Positions 18,558 to 28,050 of a stretch of DNA of 64,000 nucleotides are shown here, piece by piece. Location: the NCBI GenBank assembly GCA_942492345.1, contig CALOEK010000001.1:89758-153757 (forward strand). Direction: 5' to 3'. This stretch comes from an uncultured Gammaproteobacteria bacterium (GTDB lineage: Bacteria > Pseudomonadota > Gammaproteobacteria > Pseudomonadales > IMCC2047). How positions within the stretch are numbered: position 1 is the stretch's first letter; each line of letters starts with the position of its first letter. Made by a program: the position numbers and the translations under genes. The notes under the pieces were generated by a model. The model worked only from the letters and a program-made list of their open reading frames with translations, did no database searches and was not told where the DNA came from.

Positions 18558-19550
18558 ATGTCTGGTTTTTTAGTTATTTCTGGTGCTATTGAGAGGAAAA
18601 ATGGTTTTGAACTCGGTGAAGGGAAGTATTATGGGGAGGCAAAACTGCTAAAGCTTAATCTAGAAACTGGCCAGATCGAAACTATTCTAAAAAAGTCAGA
18701 AGGTGGGCAGAACTACCCTGCTGAGACTCCAAATTTACAGTACACAGCTTGTTGCTTAGTAGACGATATATTATGGCTACCTACTGATACGGAAGTTTAT
18801 AAACTTCACTACCCTTCTCTCGAAGTGCTTACAGTAATATCTCATCCATTCTTTCATAATATTCATTCGGTTAACGTATATGACGAAAAGGTATATGTTT
18901 CCTCTACGGGTTTAGATTTGGTGGCTGTGTTTGATTACGAAGGTAATTTGCTAGAGCGATTAAATACTGAAGGTAAAGAATTATGGCATCGCTTTTCTGA
19001 AGATGTAGATTACCGGTTGGTTTATTCAACACGCCCTCATGATAGCCACCCGAATTTTGTATTTATGTTAGATGGACAGCCCTGGGTTACTCGTTGTCGA
19101 CAGCAAGATGCTGTTAACTTGGATAATGTTAGTGAAAGTATAGAGCTAACGATTCCTGAAAAGCGTATCAGTGTTCATGATGGTGTTCTCTTTGAGAATA
19201 ATTTGTATTTTACATCTGTTGATGGATACATTCTTGTATGTGACATTGAGAAGAAAAAACTGGTTGATGAAATTAACCTGTTATCTCACTTGAAAGGTGG
19301 AAAGCTTGGTTGGTGCCGAGGATTAAATATATCAAGTGATGGTATAGCCTATATTGCTTTTTCTCGAATCAGGCGGACTAAGGTGATGGATAGGCTGTCG
19401 TGGTTGATTCGAGGTCAGCTTGAAAAGATGAACCATATTCCAGCTTCAATTTTAATGTATGACCTTAAATCCAGGAAAGTAATACACCAGTATGATATTC
19501 CTATGGCTGAAATTGATGCGATTTATGGCGTAGCCTATAGCAAAAGTTAG
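18558..19550 (+). CDS. Hypothetical cytoplasmic protein, possibly beta-propeller-like
   Basis: 330 aa with a strong SD (AAGGAG 6 nt upstream of the ATG). There is no signal peptide. Short beta-strand-like segments recur (VYVSSTGLDLVAVFD, LYFTSVDGYILVCD, IAYIAFS). No family was recognised. Confidence 0.6.
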   Translation: MSGFLVISGAIERKNGFELGEGKYYGEAKLLKLNLETGQIETILKKSEGGQNYPAETPNLQYTACCLVDDILWLPTDTEVYKLHYPSLEVLTVISHPFFHNIHSVNVYDEKVYVSSTGLDLVAVFDYEGNLLERLNTEGKELWHRFSEDVDYRLVYSTRPHDSHPNFVFMLDGQPWVTRCRQQDAVNLDNVSESIELTIPEKRISVHDGVLFENNLYFTSVDGYILVCDIEKKKLVDEINLLSHLKGGKLGWCRGLNISSDGIAYIAFSRIRRTKVMDRLSWLIRGQLEKMNHIPASILMYDLKSRKVIHQYDIPMAEIDAIYGVAYSKS

Positions 19551-19675
19551 TTAAAGGTAGTCTTACGATATTTTTGGTTTTTTTCACAATTATCTTAGGG
19601 CCTACACGCTAACTTATACGAGCTAGGCTACATTGCACATGATCTTTTTACGTTAATTATTCTGGACTTGGCTTT

Positions 19676-20911
19676 ATGTCTCAAAAGGTTTTAATGATCG
19701 CATATCATTTCCCCCCTGTGGCGGCGAGCAGTGGGTTTTTGCGGACTTTAAAATTTGCTCAACATTTGTCCGGATATGGGGTTGAACCTACTGTGTTGAC
19801 CGTGAAACCAAGTGCTTATGAACAAATGAACCCGGACAATTATAAATTGCTTGATGACTTGAAGGGGGTTGAGTGCCGCCGTTGTTCCGCAAAGGATGGG
19901 GCGAGAGATTTCGCCTGGAGAGGTAAATATCTTAGCTTACTGGCATTTCCTGACCGTTGGGCGAGCTGGATTCCTTTTGGTATTTTTACTGGATTGCGTG
20001 AAATAAAGAAAAATCGTATTAACGTTATTTGGGCAACATATCCGATCGTTTCAGCATTGGTTATTGGTTACTGGTTAAAAAAAATAACTGGGTTGCCATT
20101 AATTTGTGACCTACGGGATCCTATTTGGGAAGAAGAAACCTGGGTAAATACGCGTAAATTTAGGTGGTTAAAAAAATTCGAGCTTAAGCTGTTGACCATA
20201 GCGGACCGAGTTGTCTTTACTTCCCCAGGAACAGTACAAAAATATATGCATCGTTATCCTGGGCTTATCGATGATAAGTGTGAATTGATCACTAATGGTT
20301 ACGATAGTGTGAATTTCACTGTCGTTCCAAAACTTCTGGAAAGTAAAAAGGTATTTCTGCATAGCGGTATTATTCCAGTCTACGAACGTAATCCCGAAAA
20401 TTTCTTTTTGGCTCTTTCAACACTGAAAAAGAAAGGCTTATTACGGGCTGCAAATTATGAATTTCGCTTGCGAGCTTGTGGCTATGCTGATCAATATCAG
20501 CAGCGGACAAAGGAACTTGGTATAGATGATTTGGTTTCTTTCCCTGACGGTGTAGCGTATGAAGACGCGATTGCAGAGATGCAGTCCGTTGATGCGTTAA
20601 TGGTGTTTCAGGATAAAACTTGTAATTGGCAAATACCCGCCAAAGTATTTGAGTATATGCGGGCCGGGCGACCAATTATTGGTTGGGTTGACCCAGGTAG
20701 TGATACAGCAAAGGTGCTTGCAGATTGTAATATGGATGACTATCTTGCCCCCTTAGATGATGCAGAAGCAATTGGAGACGTGCTCTCCCAGTTTATACGT
20801 GAGAATGATTGGCAAAAAAAATGCGAAGATTATGAACAATTTGAAAGAAAAGCGCTCACTAAAAACTTAGCCGATCTGATTTCAGTGTTAGCCAAGACAG
20901 ATCAGTCTTAG
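19676..20911 (+). CDS. GT-B fold (group 1 / GT4-like) glycosyltransferase
   Basis: 411 aa. N-terminus VLMIAYHFPP; C-terminal E-x7-E-type region PAKVFEYMRAGRPIIG. Confidence 0.75.
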   Translation: MSQKVLMIAYHFPPVAASSGFLRTLKFAQHLSGYGVEPTVLTVKPSAYEQMNPDNYKLLDDLKGVECRRCSAKDGARDFAWRGKYLSLLAFPDRWASWIPFGIFTGLREIKKNRINVIWATYPIVSALVIGYWLKKITGLPLICDLRDPIWEEETWVNTRKFRWLKKFELKLLTIADRVVFTSPGTVQKYMHRYPGLIDDKCELITNGYDSVNFTVVPKLLESKKVFLHSGIIPVYERNPENFFLALSTLKKKGLLRAANYEFRLRACGYADQYQQRTKELGIDDLVSFPDGVAYEDAIAEMQSVDALMVFQDKTCNWQIPAKVFEYMRAGRPIIGWVDPGSDTAKVLADCNMDDYLAPLDDAEAIGDVLSQFIRENDWQKKCEDYEQFERKALTKNLADLISVLAKTDQS

Positions 20912-21005
20912 CATATGGTGAGAGTAGATATTCATTTATTAGGTTAGCTATAGCTACTTCGAAAAGCACTCCAGAGGTGCCTCCTGTAGGACTTGCCGCT
21001 AGGTT

Positions 21006-22411
21006 TTATGGGCTATTACTATAGGAGGGCGTTTTATCTAGTTGATCTGGGTGCTTATAGACCCAGACACCTGTTTTATGGCTGGATAATCCGACGAATA
21101 CATCTTCTTCTGGAAGATAAATCCACTTACCGTAGACTCTAGCGTCACCTGATTGTGGGCCCTGGATACCCCAATCAAACTCTTTCCAGAGTGCACCTTT
21201 TTTTTCTGATTCTATAGAGTAAATCTTAGATTTTCCGCTCCAAGAAACGATACGCCCTTTACTATCGATAGCCAATGATTTGCCGTGTTGTATTTTTGCC
21301 TCTATTTTTTTGATTAATCGTCCGTTACTTGCATCGAGTCCCAGTAATATTGAGCGATGGAGTGACCATATGACATTTTTTTGGTGGTCATATTGTTTGG
21401 TGCCATCGCCCCAGTCAGCTTGACTACTGAAGAATTTTAATGAGTTTGGTGAAGGGTTGGTTGGATTATATATCGCTGTACGATACTTTGAGCCAAATAC
21501 AATCAATCCGCTTTTTAGCTCAACTGATACAGGATATCCTTTATGGATAGCTGCTTTCTGTAGTTGATCTGAATTAAAGACCCTGCGCCAATTTAAGGGA
21601 AGTAAGCCGTTTGTTGATTCTCCCTCTAGCGGATTAAATTCATACCAACCCTGAGTAATACCGCGTGGGCCAATGACGGTCGAATTTTTTTTATAGATGT
21701 CATTTTTATCTTCAAAACAGGCTCCGTTAGCAGCTATTGAAATGTATAGAAATATGGTCTTTGTAGTATGACTGTAAACTATTCCATCATAAGTGTGAGC
21801 ACTGCTTGGTACTTTGCTCACATCTGGGACCCAGCACAGCATTCGCCAAGGTTTTTCAGGGCGCGCATTGTAATCGACTACGACATATAAATAGTTGAGA
21901 GGCGAAGGATCTGTTAGGCGTTTCCATTCACCACTGTCAAGTTTGAAACGATAGACCTCATTACCACCATAGTCTTTATGACCACCGCCAAAAAAATAGA
22001 ATATTCTTTTTCTTTATCAAAGGCTGCGCCGTTCCATGCGATTAATATGGAGGCAGGCCCTGTCCTCATTCTTGTTTTTTTATCAAGATTTTTGGGCCAT
22101 ACAGAGGAAATAGAAGGGTGTTGTTTTGAGACGGAAATTTCACACCAACCTGCACCTTGACGGGTTAATTTGGTGACGCAGTCTTTTAGGTTATTTCCGT
22201 TAATCTTCGCTGGGAGGGCTGTGTTTGAAATTGCTGCAGGTCTGTAGTTCTGGGTTGGAATCAGGTCGTTTTTTTTATCGATAAGCTGGGTGTCTCCCGC
22301 CGATAAAAAGGTAGGTGAAAAAATCAAAAATAGTGCGGTAATCGAGGTGAATACACGCCTTAAATATAAGCCAAGACCATGAGCAGATACGGTATTTACC
22401 ATATTGGTCAA
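21006..22411 (-). pseudogene. Secreted Kelch/beta-propeller-like protein split by a frame change in a T7 tract
   Basis: ORF 21914-22411 has a signal peptide (ITALFLIFSPTFLSAG) and ends just after ...AWNGAAFDKEKEYSIF. The frame one nt over is open from 22013. It reads ...FFGGGHKDYGGNEVYRFKLDSGEWKRL... and runs straight into ORF 21006-21842. The junction is the A7 run at 21990-21996 (T7 on the coding strand). Confidence 0.8.
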
Positions 22412-22486
22412 CTCCTTTGGTCTTTTGCTGATATTAGAGAATAAAACTTCCTTTGAGCTGAAGCAATGTGTGCAGGATTGGTTGCT

Positions 22487-22524
22487 GGGCTACTTTAGAT
22501 AAAATCGATTATCTAAAGTAGCCC
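22487..22524. repeat. Perfect 16-bp-arm inverted repeat
   Basis: GGGCTACTTTAGATAA-aatcga-TTATCTAAAGTAGCCC. It lies between the decarboxylase stop (22617) and the start of the propeller gene (22411). Confidence 0.85.
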
Positions 22525-22616
22525 ATTTATTATTTAGTCTGAATTTTTTCGGTTGTTATGAAAGGCAGCTTTTTATTGATCCTGATGCGACTATTTCTAA
22601 AGGGTGCTTATGTCGA

Positions 22617-23861
22617 TTAAATAAGTATTTCCTGTGTCATCGGATGACTTAAAAATCGATGCGGGCTGGCTGAAAAGCCATAAGCGCCGGATTGATAGAC
22701 AGCTACTAAATCACCAATTTCTGCTGTGGGTAGTGTCATATTGTTAGCCAAAATATCCAACGGCGTGCAAAGCGGCCCAACTACTGATACCTCTTCGGTT
22801 TCAGCGCTCGCCATTTTGTTGGCTACAGCAACAGGGTAGTTTTTACGGATCACTTGGCCGAAATTTCCTGAGGCTGCTAAGTGATGATGTAAACCTCCAT
22901 CGACAACTAAAAAGGTGTGTCCGCGGGATACTTTTTTATCGATTACTTTGCTGATATACAAACCCGCTTCGCCAACGAGATAGCGGCCCAGCTCCATAAC
23001 AATTTCGGCTTCTGGAAGTTGTTCGCAGACTGCCGGTAGCTTGGCCTGCAGGTTTTCTGCAATTGGCGTTAGATCCATGCGTGATTCGCCAGGGAAGTAG
23101 GGGATACCAAGCCCGCCACCGATGTTCAGTAATTCGACGGGGCTTGGTGCATCTTTGGCAAGACGTATGGCGAGTTCAAAGGTGTTGTCGTGGGCTTCGA
23201 TGATTGCTTCGGATTTTAGGTTTTGTGATCCGCAGAAAATATGAAAGCCACGAAAGTGCAGGCCTTTGGTCGCGCCGATTTCTTTTAATACCTCAGGAAC
23301 ACGTTCAGCGTCGATGCCAAATTGTTTGGGGCCACCGCCCATTTTCATGCCGGAGGCTTTGAGTTCAAAGTCGGGATTGACGCGGATGGCGACGTTTGCC
23401 TGCTTGGATGATTCTGCGCTGATACGGGCAATGCGGTGTAATTCGTTTTCCGATTCCACGTTCAGTGTAATCCCTGCTTTGACAGCGGCTTCAAGTTCCC
23501 AATCACTTTTGCCGGGGCCAGCGAAGCTGATTGTGTCGGGGGCTGTTCCCGAGGCAAGTGCTACTTCAAGTTCACCGCCAGAGGCTACATCCAGGCCATC
23601 CACAAGGCTCGCCATATGGTTGACCACTGCAGGCATGGGGTTGGCTTTCATGGCGTAATGCAGGTGGATTTGTTCCGGCAGCGTGCTGCGTAACTCCTTC
23701 ACCCGTTTTGTCATCAGACTGCTGTCGTAGACGTAAAAGGGCGTGGAGCCAATTTCAGTGGCAATATCGGTGATTGAGCGGCTGCCAACGGTCAGGCAGT
23801 TATCGACAACTGGGAACTGGTTCATGGGTGCATGATGTGGAGCCGGTTTAGCGATACTCAT
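22617..23861 (-). CDS. PLP-dependent decarboxylase (DAP/ornithine decarboxylase fold), exosortase-A-associated type
   Basis: 414 aa with the PLP-lysine motif HYAMKANP, plus NIGGGLGIPY, ELGRYLVGEAG and GPLCTPLD. The start overlaps the ligase stop (ATGA). Confidence 0.85.
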   Translation of the reverse strand: MSIAKPAPHHAPMNQFPVVDNCLTVGSRSITDIATEIGSTPFYVYDSSLMTKRVKELRSTLPEQIHLHYAMKANPMPAVVNHMASLVDGLDVASGGELEVALASGTAPDTISFAGPGKSDWELEAAVKAGITLNVESENELHRIARISAESSKQANVAIRVNPDFELKASGMKMGGGPKQFGIDAERVPEVLKEIGATKGLHFRGFHIFCGSQNLKSEAIIEAHDNTFELAIRLAKDAPSPVELLNIGGGLGIPYFPGESRMDLTPIAENLQAKLPAVCEQLPEAEIVMELGRYLVGEAGLYISKVIDKKVSRGHTFLVVDGGLHHHLAASGNFGQVIRKNYPVAVANKMASAETEEVSVVGPLCTPLDILANNMTLPTAEIGDLVAVYQSGAYGFSASPHRFLSHPMTQEILI

Positions 23862-25450
23862 GAACTTTTTTCCTCAAATAAATCTTGCGGCAGGGCATTT
23901 TTTAGACTATTTCGATCAATTTTACCGTTGGGATTACGGGGCAGGTTGTCATGCCATTCGATGTGATGAGGCACCATAAAGTTGGGTAAATTCTGTTGGC
24001 AATAACGCTGTAACGCTTGGCTATCAGGCTCGCCACTGGCTTCGGCAATGACGACAATGCCCTGACCCAGCAAAGGGTGTGGCAGCCCGAACACGGCTAA
24101 ATCTGTGACCAGACCACTGCTCTGAATTTCCTCTTCTACTTCGCTGGGGCTGACGCGATAACCGGAGGTTTTAATCATGTCATCCTGTCGCGTCATGAAA
24201 TATAGGTAACCGTCTTTGTCTCGTTTGACTTGGTCGCCTGACCAAACCGCGATTTCCTGTAGCGGCAAAGCGCCACTTTTACTGGGAGCGGGTTTGAAAC
24301 GCTCAGCGGTTTTGGCTGCATCATTCCAGTAACCCAGAGCAACTAAGGCACCTCGGTGAACGAGTTCGCCGGGTTCGTCTGCGTCGCACTCCGTGCCATC
24401 GGGTCGTACCACCATTACTTCAGCGTTAGGAATGGCTTTTCCGATTGAACCGGGCCGTTGATCAATTTCATCTGGTGGCAGGTAGGTTGAACGAAAGGCT
24501 TCGGTAAGACCGTACATTAAGAAAATGTCAGTTTCCGGTAGTGTATTTTGTAAGGACTTGATAATGCTGGAGGGCATATGACCACCGGAGTTGGTGATAT
24601 AGCGTAGGTGGGTTTTTGCTTCATCAGGCCATTCTAGGTTGACCAGCTGTTTCCACAGTGGCGGTACTGCTGCTAACCCTGTGATTTGATGTTTAGCTAT
24701 GGCCTTGATGACGTCACGAGGCAACAGATAATCCATGAGAACCACTTGAGCGCCGGTTAAAAACGCAGTGGTGAGCTGGCTGAGGCCGTAGTCGAAACTG
24801 AGTGGTAACACGGCCAGCAGTTTGTCATTGGCGCTGTTATTTAAATAGTTGGCAACGCTCTCAGCACCCGCCACGATGTTGCGATGAGACAGCACGACAC
24901 CTTTGGGTTTGCCGGTGCTGCCGGAGGTATAGAGGATGGCTGCGACATCGGCATCAATGGAGGTTTGTTTTGGTGCTGTTGAATTGGAATGATTTTCCAG
25001 CAAACGTTGCCAATCGTGAATTCGAATATTGCCGAGTTGTATTTCGCTTTTCGCCTCGTTACTGAAAATGACTTGGCTGAGGTCCGGGCATTCAAGGAGT
25101 GTTTCGCTCAGTAACTTGGCGCGCTCTGCAGAAGTGATCAACACTTTAGCATTACAGTCTTTGAGAATGTGGCCAACCTGCTTGGCTTTTAAAACCGGGT
25201 TGACGGGTACGAACACACAATCAGCAAGGCTGCTGCCAAACAGGGTAATGACGGTTTCAAACTGTTTGGGTAAATAAACAGCAATGCGATCGCCGCGTTG
25301 ACAGTTCAGCGATTTCAGGGCGGAAGCGAAGCGGCATAGTTGACTCCCCAGCTCCTGATAGCTCATGGTTTCGGATTTGAAAATCAGGGCTGTTTGTTCC
25401 GGCCTGGAGAGTACGTTTTGTTGAATACCGCTGTGTACAAAGCTCGTCAT
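23858..25450 (-). CDS. AMP-forming acyl-CoA/acyl-ACP ligase, exosortase-A-associated type
   Basis: 530 aa with adenylation motifs [53 protein letters not shown] and PRNPNGKIDR. Confidence 0.88.
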   Translation of the reverse strand: MTSFVHSGIQQNVLSRPEQTALIFKSETMSYQELGSQLCRFASALKSLNCQRGDRIAVYLPKQFETVITLFGSSLADCVFVPVNPVLKAKQVGHILKDCNAKVLITSAERAKLLSETLLECPDLSQVIFSNEAKSEIQLGNIRIHDWQRLLENHSNSTAPKQTSIDADVAAILYTSGSTGKPKGVVLSHRNIVAGAESVANYLNNSANDKLLAVLPLSFDYGLSQLTTAFLTGAQVVLMDYLLPRDVIKAIAKHQITGLAAVPPLWKQLVNLEWPDEAKTHLRYITNSGGHMPSSIIKSLQNTLPETDIFLMYGLTEAFRSTYLPPDEIDQRPGSIGKAIPNAEVMVVRPDGTECDADEPGELVHRGALVALGYWNDAAKTAERFKPAPSKSGALPLQEIAVWSGDQVKRDKDGYLYFMTRQDDMIKTSGYRVSPSEVEEEIQSSGLVTDLAVFGLPHPLLGQGIVVIAEASGEPDSQALQRYCQQNLPNFMVPHHIEWHDNLPRNPNGKIDRNSLKNALPQDLFEEKSS

Positions 25451-25517
25451 TGAGAAATCATCAATCCTGAGGATGGGTAAATTGAGAATGCTGTAATTTT
25501 AGGTGTTGGCGGCGTGA

Positions 25518-27941
25518 TTACAACTCAATATGAAGGGTTTTATCGAGAGTTGAAGCGGGTAATTGTATTTGGCTTATGGCGTCTCGCTGTTGAATTTTTT
25601 TAATTGGAGAGCCGTTCAATAATATTTTTCTCGGTTGCTGGAGAGGGCCAATCAGATAAAGTTTATCTATCGACGGTGGAAGAGTGACTTCGAATCGACC
25701 TCGAGTGTGTGTAAATATAACTGCACAGTTAGCGAGTAGCGCACCGTATTGATCTTTATCCGATGTGGGCAGTGGGTTTGCAGTGATTGGATGGGGGGTT
25801 GCAATTGATGGCGCCAATGCAATAAGGAATCGTTGATCTGTATTTTCTTTTGGGGAAAATATTTCAGTTCGCCAAGCAGCATTTTCAAACCATGGAGCTG
25901 CTTTTACTCCGGCACTCATATTAATTCCGTCTAATGTTGAATCATCTCCATCGACCTCTACGTAATGTCGAAAGTTGTCACCACCTATGAGGCGTACTTC
26001 CGCATCGTCTGGAAACAGAGCGGTGACTTTTAATGAGCTATTCTGTTGCTGAACGATGACTTGTTTTGATGAGCTGTTAACAATACCGTTATCAGCACTG
26101 CCCTCAATAACTTTTTCGTCAGAGGTTTTGGGTTTGCTAATAGAATGAAGTAGCCACTTGCTGCGGTAAGTTGGATCTGTTGTTTGGATGCGATCATGGA
26201 CCAATAACAAGTCTTCATTTTTCAAATAAAACAGTGCCCGTTTTACTTGTGCTACTTTACCGCTAGCGCCAGTTTCGTCATAGGTCGTATTGTTATAGGC
26301 GGGCGTTAGATCACTTTGAATATATGTGTAGTTTGACGTGTTTGTGAACTGCTCAAGCTCCGCGGCTTCAAAGTGTTGATTTTTATAGAGGTTGTCCTGC
26401 CAATGCTGGGAAGATTGGATAGAGCTACCTGTAGGTAAGGTGATACGTTGGCCTCCATCAGCTACGTTTTCAGTGAAAAACCGGTTAGGTTTAACCTTTT
26501 CGCCGGGGCGTTGAATCAGCAGAGTATTTTTTGCGATGCTACGCAAAGAATAATTCAAACGATTGGCACCCTTGAAATCACCATAATTACTACTGTTTAC
26601 AGCCAATGGCTGCCCTTTGAATAAGGTGAAATGCCCCGCATCATAGTGACCATGGTGTGTGAAATTGTGGCCGGCTCGGTAGGTTAAATACGTTGCCTCT
26701 GAGCTCCAATCTGAGCGCAAATAAAGTGCGTTGGAGGCATTGCGACCAAAGAGGTTAACCTCTGGAAGTGAGCCCCTGAAATCTTGAAATGATCCAGATG
26801 CAGTAGAGGGTAGCAATTTCGGATCATTGAATAAGTGAAAGCCCCAGCGATAGTCTCGATAATAGCTTTCTACGCCGTGCAGTTTTTGTAGGTAAAAAGA
26901 AAAAGTGGATAACTCTTGATTGCCTGTCGTGCTGGCAATAATGTCAATAACCCTTCGAGTCTCATCTTTTAGGTCTATTCTTGGGCCTTCGTCGGCGTAT
27001 CCCTGAATTTTGTTGTCAGGTCGTGTTGCGTAGATATGCCAGTATCCAACTCGCTCCAACAATTTTTTAATCTCATCGGTATGCTGGCTGTTATCTAGGC
27101 CATTAATATAAGCTGAGGCAGCCAATGAGAAGTAAAAGGCGCGGTTATTGATCCAATAGTTATATCCTTCTGGCCAAGCTTCTGTGATGGCAACTGATTG
27201 TACTGTATCTAGAAAATGACCTTGTGCTCTGGCAATTAATTTCTGTTGCTTTTCAGTGTCAGCGTTAAGCATGACAGCGCAGAGCCAAGCGTTTGATGAT
27301 AAGGATAGGCGGCCATGCCATAGGGACGCTGAGTCTTCGTCAAGAACGCGTAGGTACTCTATGACAGCAGTTTCCAGTTTGCTTTGGATGACTGCGTGTT
27401 GTTCTTTGCTTATTTCGGGGGATGTCGATAAGAGGTCATAATTAAAAGCTAATTGCCAACCGTTACCGTAAATCGCACTGGTATCTGGCGTCTCAACTTT
27501 GAAGCTAAGAAGTCGCTCTAATGCAAGATTAAATTTTTGTGGGTCCCCTGTAGCTAACCAGCAAGTACTAAGTGCAGAGAGGTTATTTTGGCTACAAGGT
27601 AAGGCGGGTGCATTAATGCCTTTGTTTTTATAAGAACTAGCTCTGAACTTGAAGAGCGCAATACGACTCTCCGGTGTCATTGAAGCAATTTCTGGCAATA
27701 ATATACGAGGGTGTTGTGATGTTATCTGACCGTCTAATAGGTGGTTGGAATGCTGCGCTGTTGGTTCAAAAAACGAAATCAGCAAGGGGGCATCGACGCC
27801 GGATTTTTCTACTATTTTAACCAGGAATTGACGGGGTGTTAGCGCATAATAACTTAACGCATAAAAGAGGCCGAAAACTGCTCCGACATGCAAAATAAGC
27901 CCGCAACTTATTAAATAATATTTGAGTGTTTTTTTGAGCAT
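25518..27941 (-). CDS. Heparinase II/III-family protein with an N-terminal membrane anchor
   Basis: 807 aa with an N-terminal TM segment (YYLISCGLILHVGAVFGLFYAL). It has the HPRILL start of an alginate-lyase-like domain and the C-terminal heparinase II/III motif FTHHGHYDAGHFTLF. Confidence 0.75.
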   Translation of the reverse strand: MLKKTLKYYLISCGLILHVGAVFGLFYALSYYALTPRQFLVKIVEKSGVDAPLLISFFEPTAQHSNHLLDGQITSQHPRILLPEIASMTPESRIALFKFRASSYKNKGINAPALPCSQNNLSALSTCWLATGDPQKFNLALERLLSFKVETPDTSAIYGNGWQLAFNYDLLSTSPEISKEQHAVIQSKLETAVIEYLRVLDEDSASLWHGRLSLSSNAWLCAVMLNADTEKQQKLIARAQGHFLDTVQSVAITEAWPEGYNYWINNRAFYFSLAASAYINGLDNSQHTDEIKKLLERVGYWHIYATRPDNKIQGYADEGPRIDLKDETRRVIDIIASTTGNQELSTFSFYLQKLHGVESYYRDYRWGFHLFNDPKLLPSTASGSFQDFRGSLPEVNLFGRNASNALYLRSDWSSEATYLTYRAGHNFTHHGHYDAGHFTLFKGQPLAVNSSNYGDFKGANRLNYSLRSIAKNTLLIQRPGEKVKPNRFFTENVADGGQRITLPTGSSIQSSQHWQDNLYKNQHFEAAELEQFTNTSNYTYIQSDLTPAYNNTTYDETGASGKVAQVKRALFYLKNEDLLLVHDRIQTTDPTYRSKWLLHSISKPKTSDEKVIEGSADNGIVNSSSKQVIVQQQNSSLKVTALFPDDAEVRLIGGDNFRHYVEVDGDDSTLDGINMSAGVKAAPWFENAAWRTEIFSPKENTDQRFLIALAPSIATPHPITANPLPTSDKDQYGALLANCAVIFTHTRGRFEVTLPPSIDKLYLIGPLQQPRKILLNGSPIKKIQQRDAISQIQLPASTLDKTLHIEL

Positions 27942-28050
27942 GATTTATTGGTTATTCAATGTGCCAATTACTACACTCAGCAGAAGGCGGTGTCACGTGG
28001 TGACTATAAAGTTAGACACGAAATATTAAGGGATATATTCCTGGGAAGCT

